Assembly (NCBI GenBank): GCA_964016885.1
Contig: OZ024740.1
Location: 220,224,001-220,288,000, forward strand
Length of the DNA stretch: 64,000 bases
From: Eledone cirrhosa
Taxonomy: Eukaryota
Reading direction: 5' to 3'
Part shown: positions 27,255 through 38,987 of the stretch, one piece after another
How the letters are laid out: the number at the start of each line of letters is the position of its first letter
How positions within the stretch are numbered: the stretch's first letter is position 1
The notes under the pieces: generated by a model
Seen by the model: only the letters and a program-made list of their open reading frames with translations
Told to the model about the DNA's origin: nothing
Databases searched by the model: none
Made by a program: the position numbers and the translations under genes

Positions 27255-27590
27255 GGTGGTGGTGGTGTTCGTCGCCATCATGGTGTTGATAGCGGTGCCA
27301 GTGATGGCGGTGTCAGTGATGGCGGTGTTTGTGGTGGGTGTGGTGGCAGTGGGAGTAATGGTGGTGGTGGCAGTGCTGGTGGTAGTGGTGGTGTTGGTAG
27401 TAGTGGCAGTGGAGGTGGTAGTTGTTATAGTGGTATTGGTCATAGTGCTGCTGTTGCTACGGGCGCCCGTAGTGATGATTGAGGGCCTTGATAGCTATGG
27501 TGGTGGTGTTGGTGGTGGTGATGGCGGTGCCAGAGGTGGTGATGGCGGTGTCAGTGGTGGTGGTGGAGGTGGTGCCAGTGGTGGTGGTCA
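27110..27590. repeat. (GGT/GTT)n cryptic microsatellite
   Basis: Low-complexity triplet repeat. Confidence 0.9.
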
Positions 27591-29550
27591 TAGGATATAT
27601 AAAAATGAGTAGACACCTAATTTTTTTAAAATTCTATTTGAGTTAATCATTCAACATATACTGCCAACGTAATACCTCCTTCACCATTCCCCGAATGATG
27701 ATATAAATCGTAATTAAAGACTTAGAAGCCAGAACACCATATCAAAAATTCAGCAATAAAATCTTTGCCAATTCCATTACAATCAACTGTAATTAGGGGT
27801 GGAAATAAAACCTCTTACGTTCGCGCATTAATATTAAAGGTGTTGGCAGAATTATATTTATAGTTTCCAACTGGTGTTTTAGCTTAACACTTTCAATAGC
27901 ATATTTATAATGAAATATACTGTCTATGATTTTGAAAGTAATCAAAAATTTGGAGGGATTTAGTAATATAACTAACTTTCTCATTATTAAGTTGGTGTAG
28001 AGCAGTGGATTGGTAAAATCGTTAGAGCATCGGGCAAAATACTTTACAGTATTTAGTTACATGTTATGAGTTCAAATCCCACCAAGATTAACTTTGTCCT
28101 TTATCTTTCCAAGGTCAATAAATTAAAATACTAGTCAAGTACTAAATTGATATAATAAACTTTTCCCTCCCCAAACCCCCAAAATTACTAGCCTTGTGCT
28201 AGAAGAAGAAATTATTATGCAGACCTTTGGAACATAGCTTGACAAATGTTCTTACACAAATTATGAAGGAAGATTTTTAGATAAATATAAACACCTAAAA
28301 AAAAAGTTTTGTATCTATGAACCAAGCAGTTCGATATCAAAAGGCTTAAAATTAAAATGTCTAACTCTCCTTTATTTTACTAATGTTTCACTATTCCCAT
28401 GTTTATTTTTCTATTTATTTTCTGTGAAGTTGTGAGATCATAGGATCAAATGCCTTGCAGTATTTGTCCCAGCTCTATGTGTTCCGAGTTCAAATGCCCC
28501 CAAGGACAACTTTGTCTTTCATCCTCCTATGGTTGATAAAATAAAGTATCAATCCGTGGTGGTGAATTAGCTGAATTATTAGAGCCTCAGATGACGCATC
28601 TTGCTGTATTTTTTCCAGTCCTCTCTTGGTGCTATGAAATCAAGTCCCTCTAACAGCAAGTTTAACTGCAACCATTCCTGGTGGTCAGTAAAATAAAGTA
28701 TAAGTCCAAGATGGAGGATTAGCAGAATTGTTAGAAGCCTTGAAATATTTGTTCTGTCTTTTTTCTATTTTGAGTTCAAATCCTTCTGTGACCTACATAG
28801 GTGTTAGACTTAATCTGTCATCCAGTTTAACACACCCACTTGATCTTTGGATACTTTTAGTGAGCATTTGGACTAGGTTTCTAGTTTGAAAATATCTTCC
28901 TCCTTCCTTCCCTAAAGTTTTAGAGACCTTGAAAAGGGTCATGGTCAGGATTAGATCAACCGTTAAGCAAAATAAGCACATGCTTAAGGAATTTAGGGAA
29001 GAGGGGCCCCATTTTATTCAAATTAAATGTATCTGTTATTCCAAATAAAAATGTTTGCAGATGTTAAATGTGAATTTTTATGCAAGGGTTTCCTGAGGTA
29101 TGAAAATTATTTCAAGTGTTCAACAAGAGTAAAAAGGCTAAGAAATGCTGACCTGGACATACAAGAGACACATACAGTTCATCACCACAATCTTCAACTC
29201 CCACAATACCAGTTTCGTATTGTAGAAATAGGGGCTGTTTCAGACAGCTTGGTATCAAAAATGTTAAATAAATCTTCAGACATATGTAAGAAATTATTAA
29301 CACTATAATCTGATACCCAAGAAGTGATAAACATACAGAAGTGATAAACATCCAGCAATTTTTTTTATGTAAAAGCATTTTTATTATCATATTACCAATG
29401 TATAAGATTAAATAGAAGTACAAACATATAATTGATAAACTATTGCTAGGAAGGAACCTTATAAATATAATACTCAAAAATATATAATCAAAGCGAAAAA
29501 AAACATCAATTCAAGACCAAGTGAGTTAATCAGTCAGACACCACAAAGGG

Positions 29551-29700
29551 TCAGCGGAAAATGTAGCAAGCCAACACACTGGCAGCATTACCACGGGTGA
29601 TAGCGAGGCTAAGGCGCTAAAACAATCAAGCACCCTCATGGGCTTCACTTGATACCTCGGTAAGGTGGGCCACTAACGATGACAAGAACTTCGCTGTCAG
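29551..29700 (-). pseudogene. CRE-like RLE retrotransposon C-terminal fragment
   Basis: Hand translation LTAKFLSSLVAHLTEVSSEAHEGA*LF*RLSLAITRGNAASVLAC matches the WLFQRLSxAIxRGNAASVL terminus; the two stops are single-base changes from W and Q codons. Confidence 0.7.
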
Positions 29701-30031
29701 CAATTTAGATTCCTAATCTGGTGTTGATTCCCTGTTAAAGCTATTTATTTATATTTAATGGAAATACATAAATGTGATAATTTCTTCTAAGCCTTATTGC
29801 TAAAAGCTTAAAGCTTCGTGAATAGGTAAAAATAAAAAATAGATAAATAAATAAAACAATTATCTTGCAACACGTTATTTTATAAAAAAAAAAATATATA
29901 TATATATATATATTAACAACTTAGAACAACAATGTTTATCTGTGAAAAGGTAAGAGGAAGTAAAGAACATAAAAAGTAGTGAAAACACCAGACAGAGAGA
30001 GGAGGGATAGACAGAGTAAGAGATAAAGAGA

Positions 30032-30185
<154 letters not shown>

Positions 30186-30311
30186 TTGCATGATATGGAA
30201 GTAAAAATGAAAACATGAAAGTAATTGTAGTTATTAGCTAATATAAAAATGAAACAAAAGAAAAAATAAACAGAAAATGTTTATGAAATACCTGTGTACT
30301 TATTATTTCAG

Positions 30312-30422
30312 TCCCTCCATTAACAATATATCCAAATGCTCGAAAACTTCAGAGTGCATTTGTCATTGAGAATGGAGCTGAAGAACCAGTAGCGACCCGG
30401 TGGCAAGAGACAGTGCTACGAT
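30312..30422 (+). CDS. Candidate internal coding exon of an unidentified host gene (PPLTIYPNARKLQSAFVIENGAEEPVATRWQETVLR)
   Basis: Acceptor ttattatttcag, 111-nt open phase 1-1 exon, donor GTTAGT; higher GC than flanks; no TE similarity noticed. Confidence 0.5.
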
Positions 30423-30821
30423 GTTAGTGCGTCTGTTATACCTGGGATACCTTTGTGAGCAGTATGTAGTTAGTTAGCTCATCAGATTTGGTCACCCCTT
30501 CTTAGTATGCAGCAAAGAAGTTAAAAAAGAACATTATACGAAGAAAATAAAAATAAAAAATATATATCTATCTACAAAAAAACAATTTTCAAACATCAAG
30601 TATGTTGTGTAGTGTTATATTACTACAAACGAGCGAGTTAGTATCTAGCAGGAAAAATTATTCATACAAAGAAAACAGAACTCTCAACAGATATGTTGAG
30701 AAGAATTTTAATGAAAACACTATTTTTATCATCAAATACTAAAGAGAAAAAATATTTTCACCTGTTTCTTAACTTTATTTTGGTTTTATACGTTTGTTTT
30801 TATTGATGTTGATTTTCTTAG

Positions 30822-30847
30822 GTCACTATCAAGCTATGAAAGAATGA
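30822..30847 (+). CDS. Candidate terminal coding exon ((C)HYQAMKE*) followed by 3' UTR
   Basis: Acceptor gattttcttag, phase compatible with the upstream exon; ~700 bp of TE-free AT-rich sequence follows, with several AATAAA. Confidence 0.4.
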
Positions 30848-31749
30848 ATGAAAACTGTCAAGAGATAGAAATTCCATCAGCAAATTTTAATTATCTTCCT
30901 CAATAATATTGCAAATGTCTTTCAAAATGTGAATTTAAAGCTACTTTGCACAACTTCTTTGACAGACAGGGACTCAACATGATGTTACGATCTTTTAAAG
31001 AAATCTGACTCATTTGAGACGAAAACTTGACTCACAAACTTTTAGTAATACTCATAGTGCTATTATGAAGCTAAAAGGTCGGCATTAGTAAAGAAGTTAC
31101 TTTGGAGAAGAAGAAAAATAATAATAATAATATCAGGGTTTTTTTTTTTCTTGTTTTTAATAAATAAATAAAAATTAATAAATTAGATTATTTGGGATCA
31201 GCTGGCAATTTTGCTGTATTTATCAATGCTGTTGTTTTTTGTTTTGTTTGTTATTGTTTTTTTTTTATATATTAAACAACATTTCTAGTTGCAAATAAAG
31301 TTGACAATTTATTGATTTCACAAACTATTTGTCAGTACAATTTCAACAGAACTGTCTTGAATTTTTACATTTTAAACCAGGATGCTCTAAATTTCTAACA
31401 CCCCTTTTCCAACTCCATTCTTCCTATAAACACACGCTCGCCTTGTTAATAAAGCATATCAGGAAATTGCCTGTTCACAACTTCAAGTAGAGCAGAGAGT
31501 TATATTTTGTTTCTTTTAATCTTAAAATTGGGTTAAAAAATAATAAAATAAAGATTTTTTTTTTAAATGAAACATCTGTGAAAGTGTTTAATTTATTGTG
31601 TCTGTACTTATGTCTTCTTCAAATCATGTATATATATATATATTCTTCTTTTACTGTTTTCAGTTACTGAACTGTGGTCATGCTGGGGTACTGCCTTCAA
31701 GATACCAGTAATTATTTTCGAGTCTGGTATATATTTCAGAGGTTTCTAT

Positions 31750-32310
31750 TTGCCGAGCACTTTTTTGATTTTCATGTGTCTAACACACGTGGGCATGCCT
31801 ACAAAGTCAGAAAAGAGCACAACTCCCATGACTTTCGGAAACATTTTTTCAGAGTTGCTGAAGCATGGAACAAACTACCTGCATCAGTTGTTAGCTGCCA
31901 GGGCACTGCATCCTTTAAAACCTTCATGCTTCTTAAAATTCGCCAACACTATACCTGATATCCCCCACCCTCCATGCACATGCACATATGTATTTCATGA
32001 CTCATACACTGTTCATTTTCCTGACATTTGTACATTATAGGGCAGAGGGTTGGCAGTATCAGTAGAGGGTCAGAGGCCATGCTTAGCACCATAGAGTTAC
32101 GGCCCTTTACGGTCTGAGTTCAAATCCCACCGAGGTTAACTTTGCCTTTCATCCTTTCGGGGTCAATAAAATAAAGTACCAGTAATGCACTGGGATAATT
32201 GCAGGCCTTGTGCCAAAAGTAGAAACAATTATTCTATGTACTATACATGCACCTTTGATGAGTTGTAGTGCACCTGAGCACTGTACACAATAATTTCATT
32301 ATTATTATTA
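31750..32310 (+). mobile_element. CR1 3' fragment interrupted by a SINE (32040-32232)
   Basis: FHVSNTRGHAYKVRK...RVAEAWNKLPASVVSC; CR1 resumes after the SINE, with attat-like duplication. Confidence 0.8.
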
Positions 32311-32751
32311 TAAACTGCTAAGTTACTGGACATGATCAAACAACACTAGTTGTTAAACAGTGTAAACATAAATACTAACACAGACACACATACATAAATA
32401 CATACATATTTCAGCAGGGGGATTTTCAACATGTGTCCTCAAATACGGTTGCTAATTTGTTGTGGAATTATATACCGAACTCGTCCTTTGGACTGAGTGT
32501 TCTACTAATTTTGGATTTCCCAGTTTTCACCACTACATATATATATATATATATATATATTTATTAAAATATTATAATTATTTTAATAAATATTTGCTCT
32601 ACGGTTCTTATATATTTGATATATATTTATCCTTATCGAGCCCTCTTTGGATTTTAGTCTTCAAATTTATTATTATTACTGTATATATATATATATATAT
32701 ATATTGGCTGGTTAGACCAACTTTGATTGGCATCTGTGTAAACAACTATAT

Positions 32752-32820
32752 CTTCTCTGAGGATTCTATGTATGTAAATAAGTTACTTACTGTGGTGTAG
32801 GTGAAACATTATGTAAGAAG
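32752..32820 (+). ncRNA. Type I hammerhead ribozyme in a ~170-bp island between (TA)n runs
   Basis: cttct-CTGAGGA-ttcta...taggt-GAA-acat-t-atgt-A-agaag. Stem I is cttct/agaag, stem III is palindromic, triplet GUA. Confidence 0.7.
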
Positions 32821-32868
32821 TAAAATTTTGTTTTAAACGAACTGCAACTCCTCCATTTATTCATTTTG

Positions 32869-32930
<62 letters not shown>

Positions 32931-32933
<3 letters not shown>

Positions 32934-33133
32934 CGAAGGAAGTGTGGTAAGGAACCAGATGGACCATAACGCACCAGAGTACTCAATACTTAGGGTAGTA
33001 GAGTGAGTAATAGGAAAAAGTTTAACCCCGACGGCAGAGCTCAAGCCGTTTCCACTGCTATTTCTGAACTGAAATTCAGAAATAGCCGTTGAAACGGCTT
33101 GAGCTCTGCCGTCGGGGTTAAACGTTTTCCTAT
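32931..33133 (-). mobile_element. Fold-back element family C, copy 2
   Basis: Homologous to 25017-25213; arms ~33010-33068 / 33075-33133. Confidence 0.7.
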
Positions 33134-33151
33134 ATACTGTATATATATATC

Positions 33152-33329
33152 AAAAGATTCAGGACCCCCGACGGCTGAGCTCCAGCTATTACGGATCTAG
33201 CTGTCGAAACAGCTGGAGCTCAGCCATCGGAGTCCTGAATCTTTTCATATTACCCACTCTACTACCCCAAGTATCAAGTACTCTGGTGGGTTATGGTCCA
33301 CTTGGTATTTTATCACACCTTTTCTGTTT
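33152..33329 (+). mobile_element. Fold-back element family C, copy 3 (diverged)
   Basis: Arms ~33152-33187 / 33211-33245; tail attacccactctactacc...ttatggtcca is shared with copies 1-2. Confidence 0.65.
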
Positions 33330-35733
33330 ATATATATATATATAAACGGAAAAAATGAAACGAAATTTCATTTCCCAGTCTTAGGACGGCTGTTACTTAA
33401 ATATAAGTATGTACGTGTACATACTTATATTTATATATATAAACACATATATAAATACACACACACACAACAGGCTTCTGCACAGTTTTTGTCTAGCAAA
33501 TTTCACTCACAAGGCATTGGTTGACCTGAAACTAGAAGACACTTGCTTGCAGTGCCATGCAGTGGAGCCAAACCCAAAACCTCATGGTTGTGAAAACAAA
33601 CTTTTTAACAACATAACCATACATAATTTTCTGAAACTATAGCTTTTCAAAACTAATTTTTAAAAATGAAAAATAAAAAAAAATAGATAAGTAAAGATTC
33701 TATCTTCATAAGTTATTCCAATTAACCAACTTGATGCTACATTAATAGTCAGTCACATTAAACTCAGTGGACCCCAATGCTACTAATTCTAATTACAAAA
33801 ACAGATACTTCTTTCACTCATAGGCATACTCCATTTTTTTTCGTTTAAAAACATATATATGAGAAAATGATATTCTATTCTGCTTTCATCAACATGATTA
33901 TAAATAGGGTGCTGTAACTGGGGCAAATTACATACTTTTTACAGTAGAATGAATTGAACCATCATTGCTTTCCACAATGAGTGTTCCAGTTGTTTGATCA
34001 AAGGACCAGCTTGCTCATGAAATTAATATGCAAATGGTTGGGTATTCTACAGATATTTATACTTTTAAAGTCACTTTCAGGGATATTCAACATGACACTG
34101 TCTGTGTGTGTGTGTGTGTGTGTGTGTAGGTGTGTGTGACAAGGTTGTCCCTTTGAACAACAGTACAGCTCATCCAGCAGGATCAACGAAATTTCACTCC
34201 AAAGGCTCAGACCAACCCATGGCTATAATGGTAAATGATACTTGCCCAAGATGCCATACAGTTGAATCAAACCCAGGCCTTTATAATTTCAAACCAAACT
34301 TCTTAACCATTTGGTTACGCTTCATTTGTATGTTTTTACATTCAAAGGTCTTTGCATGTCTCAAGAGACCTTGAATCTGCATCTGGAAAGTTTCTTTCTA
34401 AGGCACAGGTCTGGGCAATGTTTTTTTAATAGAAGCTTGAAGATCAGCAGTCACCCATGCATGTACAACTCCTCTCCCCATGTCACTGATGCTGTCCAAA
34501 GAGAAATAAAAGGGTCAATACTGTTTTAACCCATTGTGATATTGACCAGTTCATGTAATTCATTTGACATCTGCTATGTTGAAGTGGTTGTCACATAGTA
34601 GTTAGTCTGTAGACAAATAGTTCCTATCTTCTATAAATAATTGTTTCTACTTTTGGCACAAGGCCAGCAATTATCCCAGTGTATTACTGGTACTTTATTT
34701 TATCGACCCCCGTAAGGATGAAAGGCAAAGTTAACCTCAACGGGATTTGAACTCAGACCATAAAGGGGCATAACTCTTTGCTGCAAAGCATGGCACCCGA
34801 CCCTCTTCTATAAATAATGTAACATTATCAAGGCAGCAAATTGGCAGAGTCACTAGAATGTCCGATAAAATGCTTTGCAGTATTCATTTTGACTCTCTGC
34901 TCTTTGAGTTCAAATCCCACCGAGGTCTACTTTGTCTTTCATTCATTCAAGGTCGATAAAAAAGTATCAGTCTACTACTGGGGTCAATCCTTCTTCTTTA
35001 TCTCTTTTTCACTTCCATTCGCTCACTATCTCTGTCCTTCTCTGGAAGAAATCTGCTGTATTCAGACCTAGGTAGGTGATGGGCTCTACCAGGTTTTTTA
35101 AAAATACCCTAGAAACAGAGTATGTCAATATGGTGCCCTTACAACTTCCTTTGTAAGGAGTTACGGGTTCAAAGAAAAAAAGATCATGTTATCAAGCGAG
35201 TTAAGTTAAAGTCTAGGATTTTCTTCAACAGTTCAATGTGTATGGATCTACTCAAGAAGAGCCTTTGGTTAAGGTGTAGACAAACTCAGAAGACAAAGAG
35301 CTGAAAGAGATACCATAAAGCATCACATCGAACAACCGGACAATTCCACTAATTCCCCTCCCTCAACAAATGTTTTATTATCAAGCTCCTGAACTAAAGT
35401 TGACTTCAGCAACCATATACATATACAGGCTCTCTTATTATGAGTCTTGGCCAGTGTTGAAGTCAGGAATTGAATTACTGATCTCTAGGATTGTGGTCCA
35501 TAAACCAGAAACTCCTTAGTGTAATGGGTAACACTCTTGCCCAGCATCTGAGAGATACCATGTTCGATTACATGCATGTGCCTCTGTCCATGTTGTTCTT
35601 CTGTCTCCAGAGATACTTTACCTGATTTTCAACTATTATCTATAGTAAAAAAAAAACATTATTATAGTCATTTACTTTGGGATGACTACATTTCAATTTT
35701 TTTCCAATGCTTCTTAAGTCAATCAGATGTTTA

Positions 35734-35779
<46 letters not shown>

Positions 35780-36059
35780 TGGTGCTAGGAAGGGCATCCA
35801 GTTGTAGAAACCAAGCCCAAATTGGTTCTGTATGAACATAACATGGTCACCTGACCTGGCATTGCTCACAACAGGATAACTCCTCTAATCCATACCAGTG
35901 TAGAAAAATGAACATTAAACGGTGATTATGATTATATATATAGAGAGAGGGGGAGATAGTGAGGAGAGGGCATCTAGCCATAGAAATACATCTAGGAGAG
36001 CAGTACCTTTGAATAAGAAATGACTTGGACCATAAAAACCCATGCCAGCATGGAATACA

Positions 36060-36590
36060 TGATGATGATAGTAGTGATGATGGTGATGATGATAATGATG
36101 ATAGTGGTGATGATGGTGGTGATGATGGTGATGATAATGATGATGATAGTGGTGATGATGGTGATGATGATAATGATGATAGTGGCGATGATGGTGATGA
36201 TGATAATGATGATAGTGGTGATGATGGTGATGATAATGATGATAGTGGTGATGATGGTGATAATGATAATGATGATGATAGTGGTGATGATGGTGATGAT
36301 GATAATGATGATAGTGGTGATGATGGTGATGATAATGATGATAGTGGTGATGATGGTGATAATGATAATGATGATGATAGTGGTGATGATGGTGATGATA
36401 ATGATGATGATAGTGGTGATGGTGGTGATAATGATAATGATGATGATAGTGGTGATGATGGTGATGATAATGATGATGATAGTGGTGATGGTGGTGATGA
36501 TAATGATGATGATAGTGGTGATGATGGTGATGATAATGATGATGATAGTAGTGATGGTGGTGATGATAATAATGATGATAGCAATGGCTA
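36060..36590. repeat. (GAT/GGT/AAT)n compound triplet repeat
   Basis: gatgatagtggtgatgatggtgatgataat-type units. Confidence 0.92.
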
Positions 36591-36682
36591 TGTGTAGAGA
36601 CAGACAGATAGATAGATAGATAGTTGGATAGATAGATAGAAAAGCAGGCAGACAGGCAAGCTGATAGATAGATAGATAGATT

Positions 36683-36925
36683 TCTTTATTTGCCACAAGG
36701 GCGCACAAGAAAAGGGGACAAAACAAAGACACATCCCGGGGAGTTTACATACAATCGTGTAAAAATATTGAAACAAACAAATTTACCAATCAAAATCCCC
36801 AATAGGGAGGAGGCGCCACAAATGGGTTGTTTAATACCCCGTCGATAGAACAACCCTCAACTTCAGGAGCGTGTTGTGCAAGTTCTCCTTTCTTCCTTTT
36901 GCTCTCTTCTTCAACCTACAGGTTT
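36683..36925 (-). mobile_element. 3' end of a non-LTR element inserted into (GATA)n
   Basis: Minus strand ends ...gcaaataaaga; flanked by duplicated gatagatagaaaagcaggcagacaggcaa(g/a)ctgatagata. Confidence 0.5.
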
Positions 36926-36931
36926 ATATAC

Positions 36932-37030
<99 letters not shown>

Positions 37031-37896
37031 AAAGCAGGCAGACAGGCAAACTGATAGATAAGAGAAAGTGAGAGAGTCTTTCTATAGCAGTGCTACTTGA
37101 GTGCATGAATGCCAGATTAATGAGTGATACTTGTATGATATATCTCGGTTAAGTAGGATACAATATGTTTTACTAATGATAATTTCAGATTTATTAAACC
37201 TTCAAATACTTGTGTTGTAATAACTTCCTTCAAATAATAATATAGAATAATTCTAAGAACCTCTAGGCCAGGGATTGCTAGCCTGAGGTTAATTTACCAC
37301 AAGGGGTAAATTTGCTGATTCTGGATTTGTACTTCTTTTTTTTTTTTCAATTATAATTAAAAACAGTCTAAAGTTGAGAAAATAATTTGAAGTCTGCCTA
37401 GTCTTGCTAGAAACAGTAGCTAAATCTCCCTCAAATCACATTTTATCTTAAACAAAGAAGGATACACTGAAAATATAGTCCTTGTTACATAAAATAATAG
37501 GTGTTATGGTTTCATTACCTTTCAGCTAAGATCTGTTCAATTAGGGGTGACCCAATGCTAAACAACAGTGAAAACGTCTCCAAAATCCCTTTCAAGGGAG
37601 ATATTTTCACATTGAGCCTTTTTTTAGTATTTCTAATGTCAGATATTGAATATATATCATACATACAAGGGTTGGTTGAAAAGTTCATAGGCTGACCAAG
37701 ATCCTTCATAGTCAGCCAGCCCTCATATATACACACACACACACATATATATACACACACACACACATACACACACACATATATATATATATATACATTT
37801 ATGTATATACATATATACATACACACACACATACATACACATATATATACATACATATATGTATATACATATATATATATACACATATATATATAT

Positions 37897-38503
37897 GGTG
37901 GCTGCCAACTCGTTTTCGAGTACGGCCACTACTTTATATCCATGTAGGAGAACCCCTACCGATGCGCTGAACGAGTGTGACTTTTTAGTCCAGCCAGTGA
38001 CTTGAAAACTCTGGTACAAACACTACACTTGTGACAATTATTGACACATAGTGCTGGACCCATGGTACCATGTGACGACAAGTGCAGAGAGATCTCCAGA
38101 TATAAAGCAATGCCTGTGCCGTGAAGCTTTTATAGTGAGCAAAGGCACTGCACAAAGCCAATCCCACTCTCTTAACCAAGATGATATTTACCAAAAAGAA
38201 GAACAAGTCAACATCATTGGATACCATCAGAGTTGCAGGTGTTATATCAGAGTTTTCCTTCTCCTAGAATTCTGCCTTGACAAAGGCTAAGGGGTCATCT
38301 CTCCCAGTGATTTTGGATTGTCATTGACTCTTAAGAGATCCTTTGCCCTTTGACAGGTTTTGTTTTTAGTCCTGCAGGATGTCCAAAGTCACCCTCCTCA
38401 CCAAGAAACCTTGGTGGGGTTGCCAGTTTAGTCGCCAACGACCCGACCATGAGACAGGTTGTACTGGAATACATGTTACCAGTAGCACCAACTGGTGACC
38501 TGA
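37897..38503 (-). mobile_element. Bipartite RTE derivative, full copy
   Basis: Near-identical reverse complement of 1141-1715. Confidence 0.75.
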
Positions 38504-38702
38504 CATATATATATATATATATACACACATATAAATATGTGGTCATGGAGGTGCCACAGCAAAAAAGCACCCAGCACTCACTGTAAATGAGGTTGGTGTT
38601 AGGAAGGGCATCCAGCTGTAGAAATCAAGCCAGAATCAGTTCCCGTCCCACCCTTGCAAGCAGGGAAAAGTGGACGTAAAATGAAATGAAAAATGAAATG
38701 AA

Positions 38703-38729
<27 letters not shown>

Positions 38730-38733
<4 letters not shown>

Positions 38734-38928
38734 ATTTTATAGAAGGAGCTTCTACAGGACTAGTACTGTTTCATTCAGATGAAATCTTCAGGGCTTCCTG
38801 AAGATTTCATCTGAATGAAACAGTACTAGTCCTGTAGAAGCTCCTTCTATAAAATAAAAAATGTTTACTCTGCCATGTATTGAGTACCTTACTTACTGTG
38901 GTTATCCCCGACTCAACCCGTGACCTAC

Positions 38929-38930
<2 letters not shown>
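38730..38930 (+). mobile_element. Fold-back hammerhead element (family B) in (TA)n
   Basis: 63-bp arms 38730-38792 / 38797-38859, 4-nt loop gctt, AATAAA, tail to ~38930, (TA)n flanks. Confidence 0.75.
38791..38843 (+). ncRNA. Type I hammerhead ribozyme (family B)
   Basis: gggcttc-CTGAAGA-tttc-atct-gaat-GAA-acag-tactagtc-ctgt-A-gaagctc. 7-bp stem I, 4-bp stem III, GUA cleavage triplet; stem II is closed by an atypical U-U. Confidence 0.75.

Positions 38931-38987
<57 letters not shown>

Noticed and set aside
29061-29097. Possible 37-nt exon upstream of the candidate gene
   Set aside because: Phase is incompatible with the 30312 exon, and the sequence overlaps what looks like a hAT-type MITE end.
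35847-36732. Asp-rich, Ser/Pro-rich and Met-rich (reflectin- or biomineral-like) ORFs
   Set aside because: Triplet microsatellite open in several frames on both strands; no signal peptide, reflectin motif or splice context.
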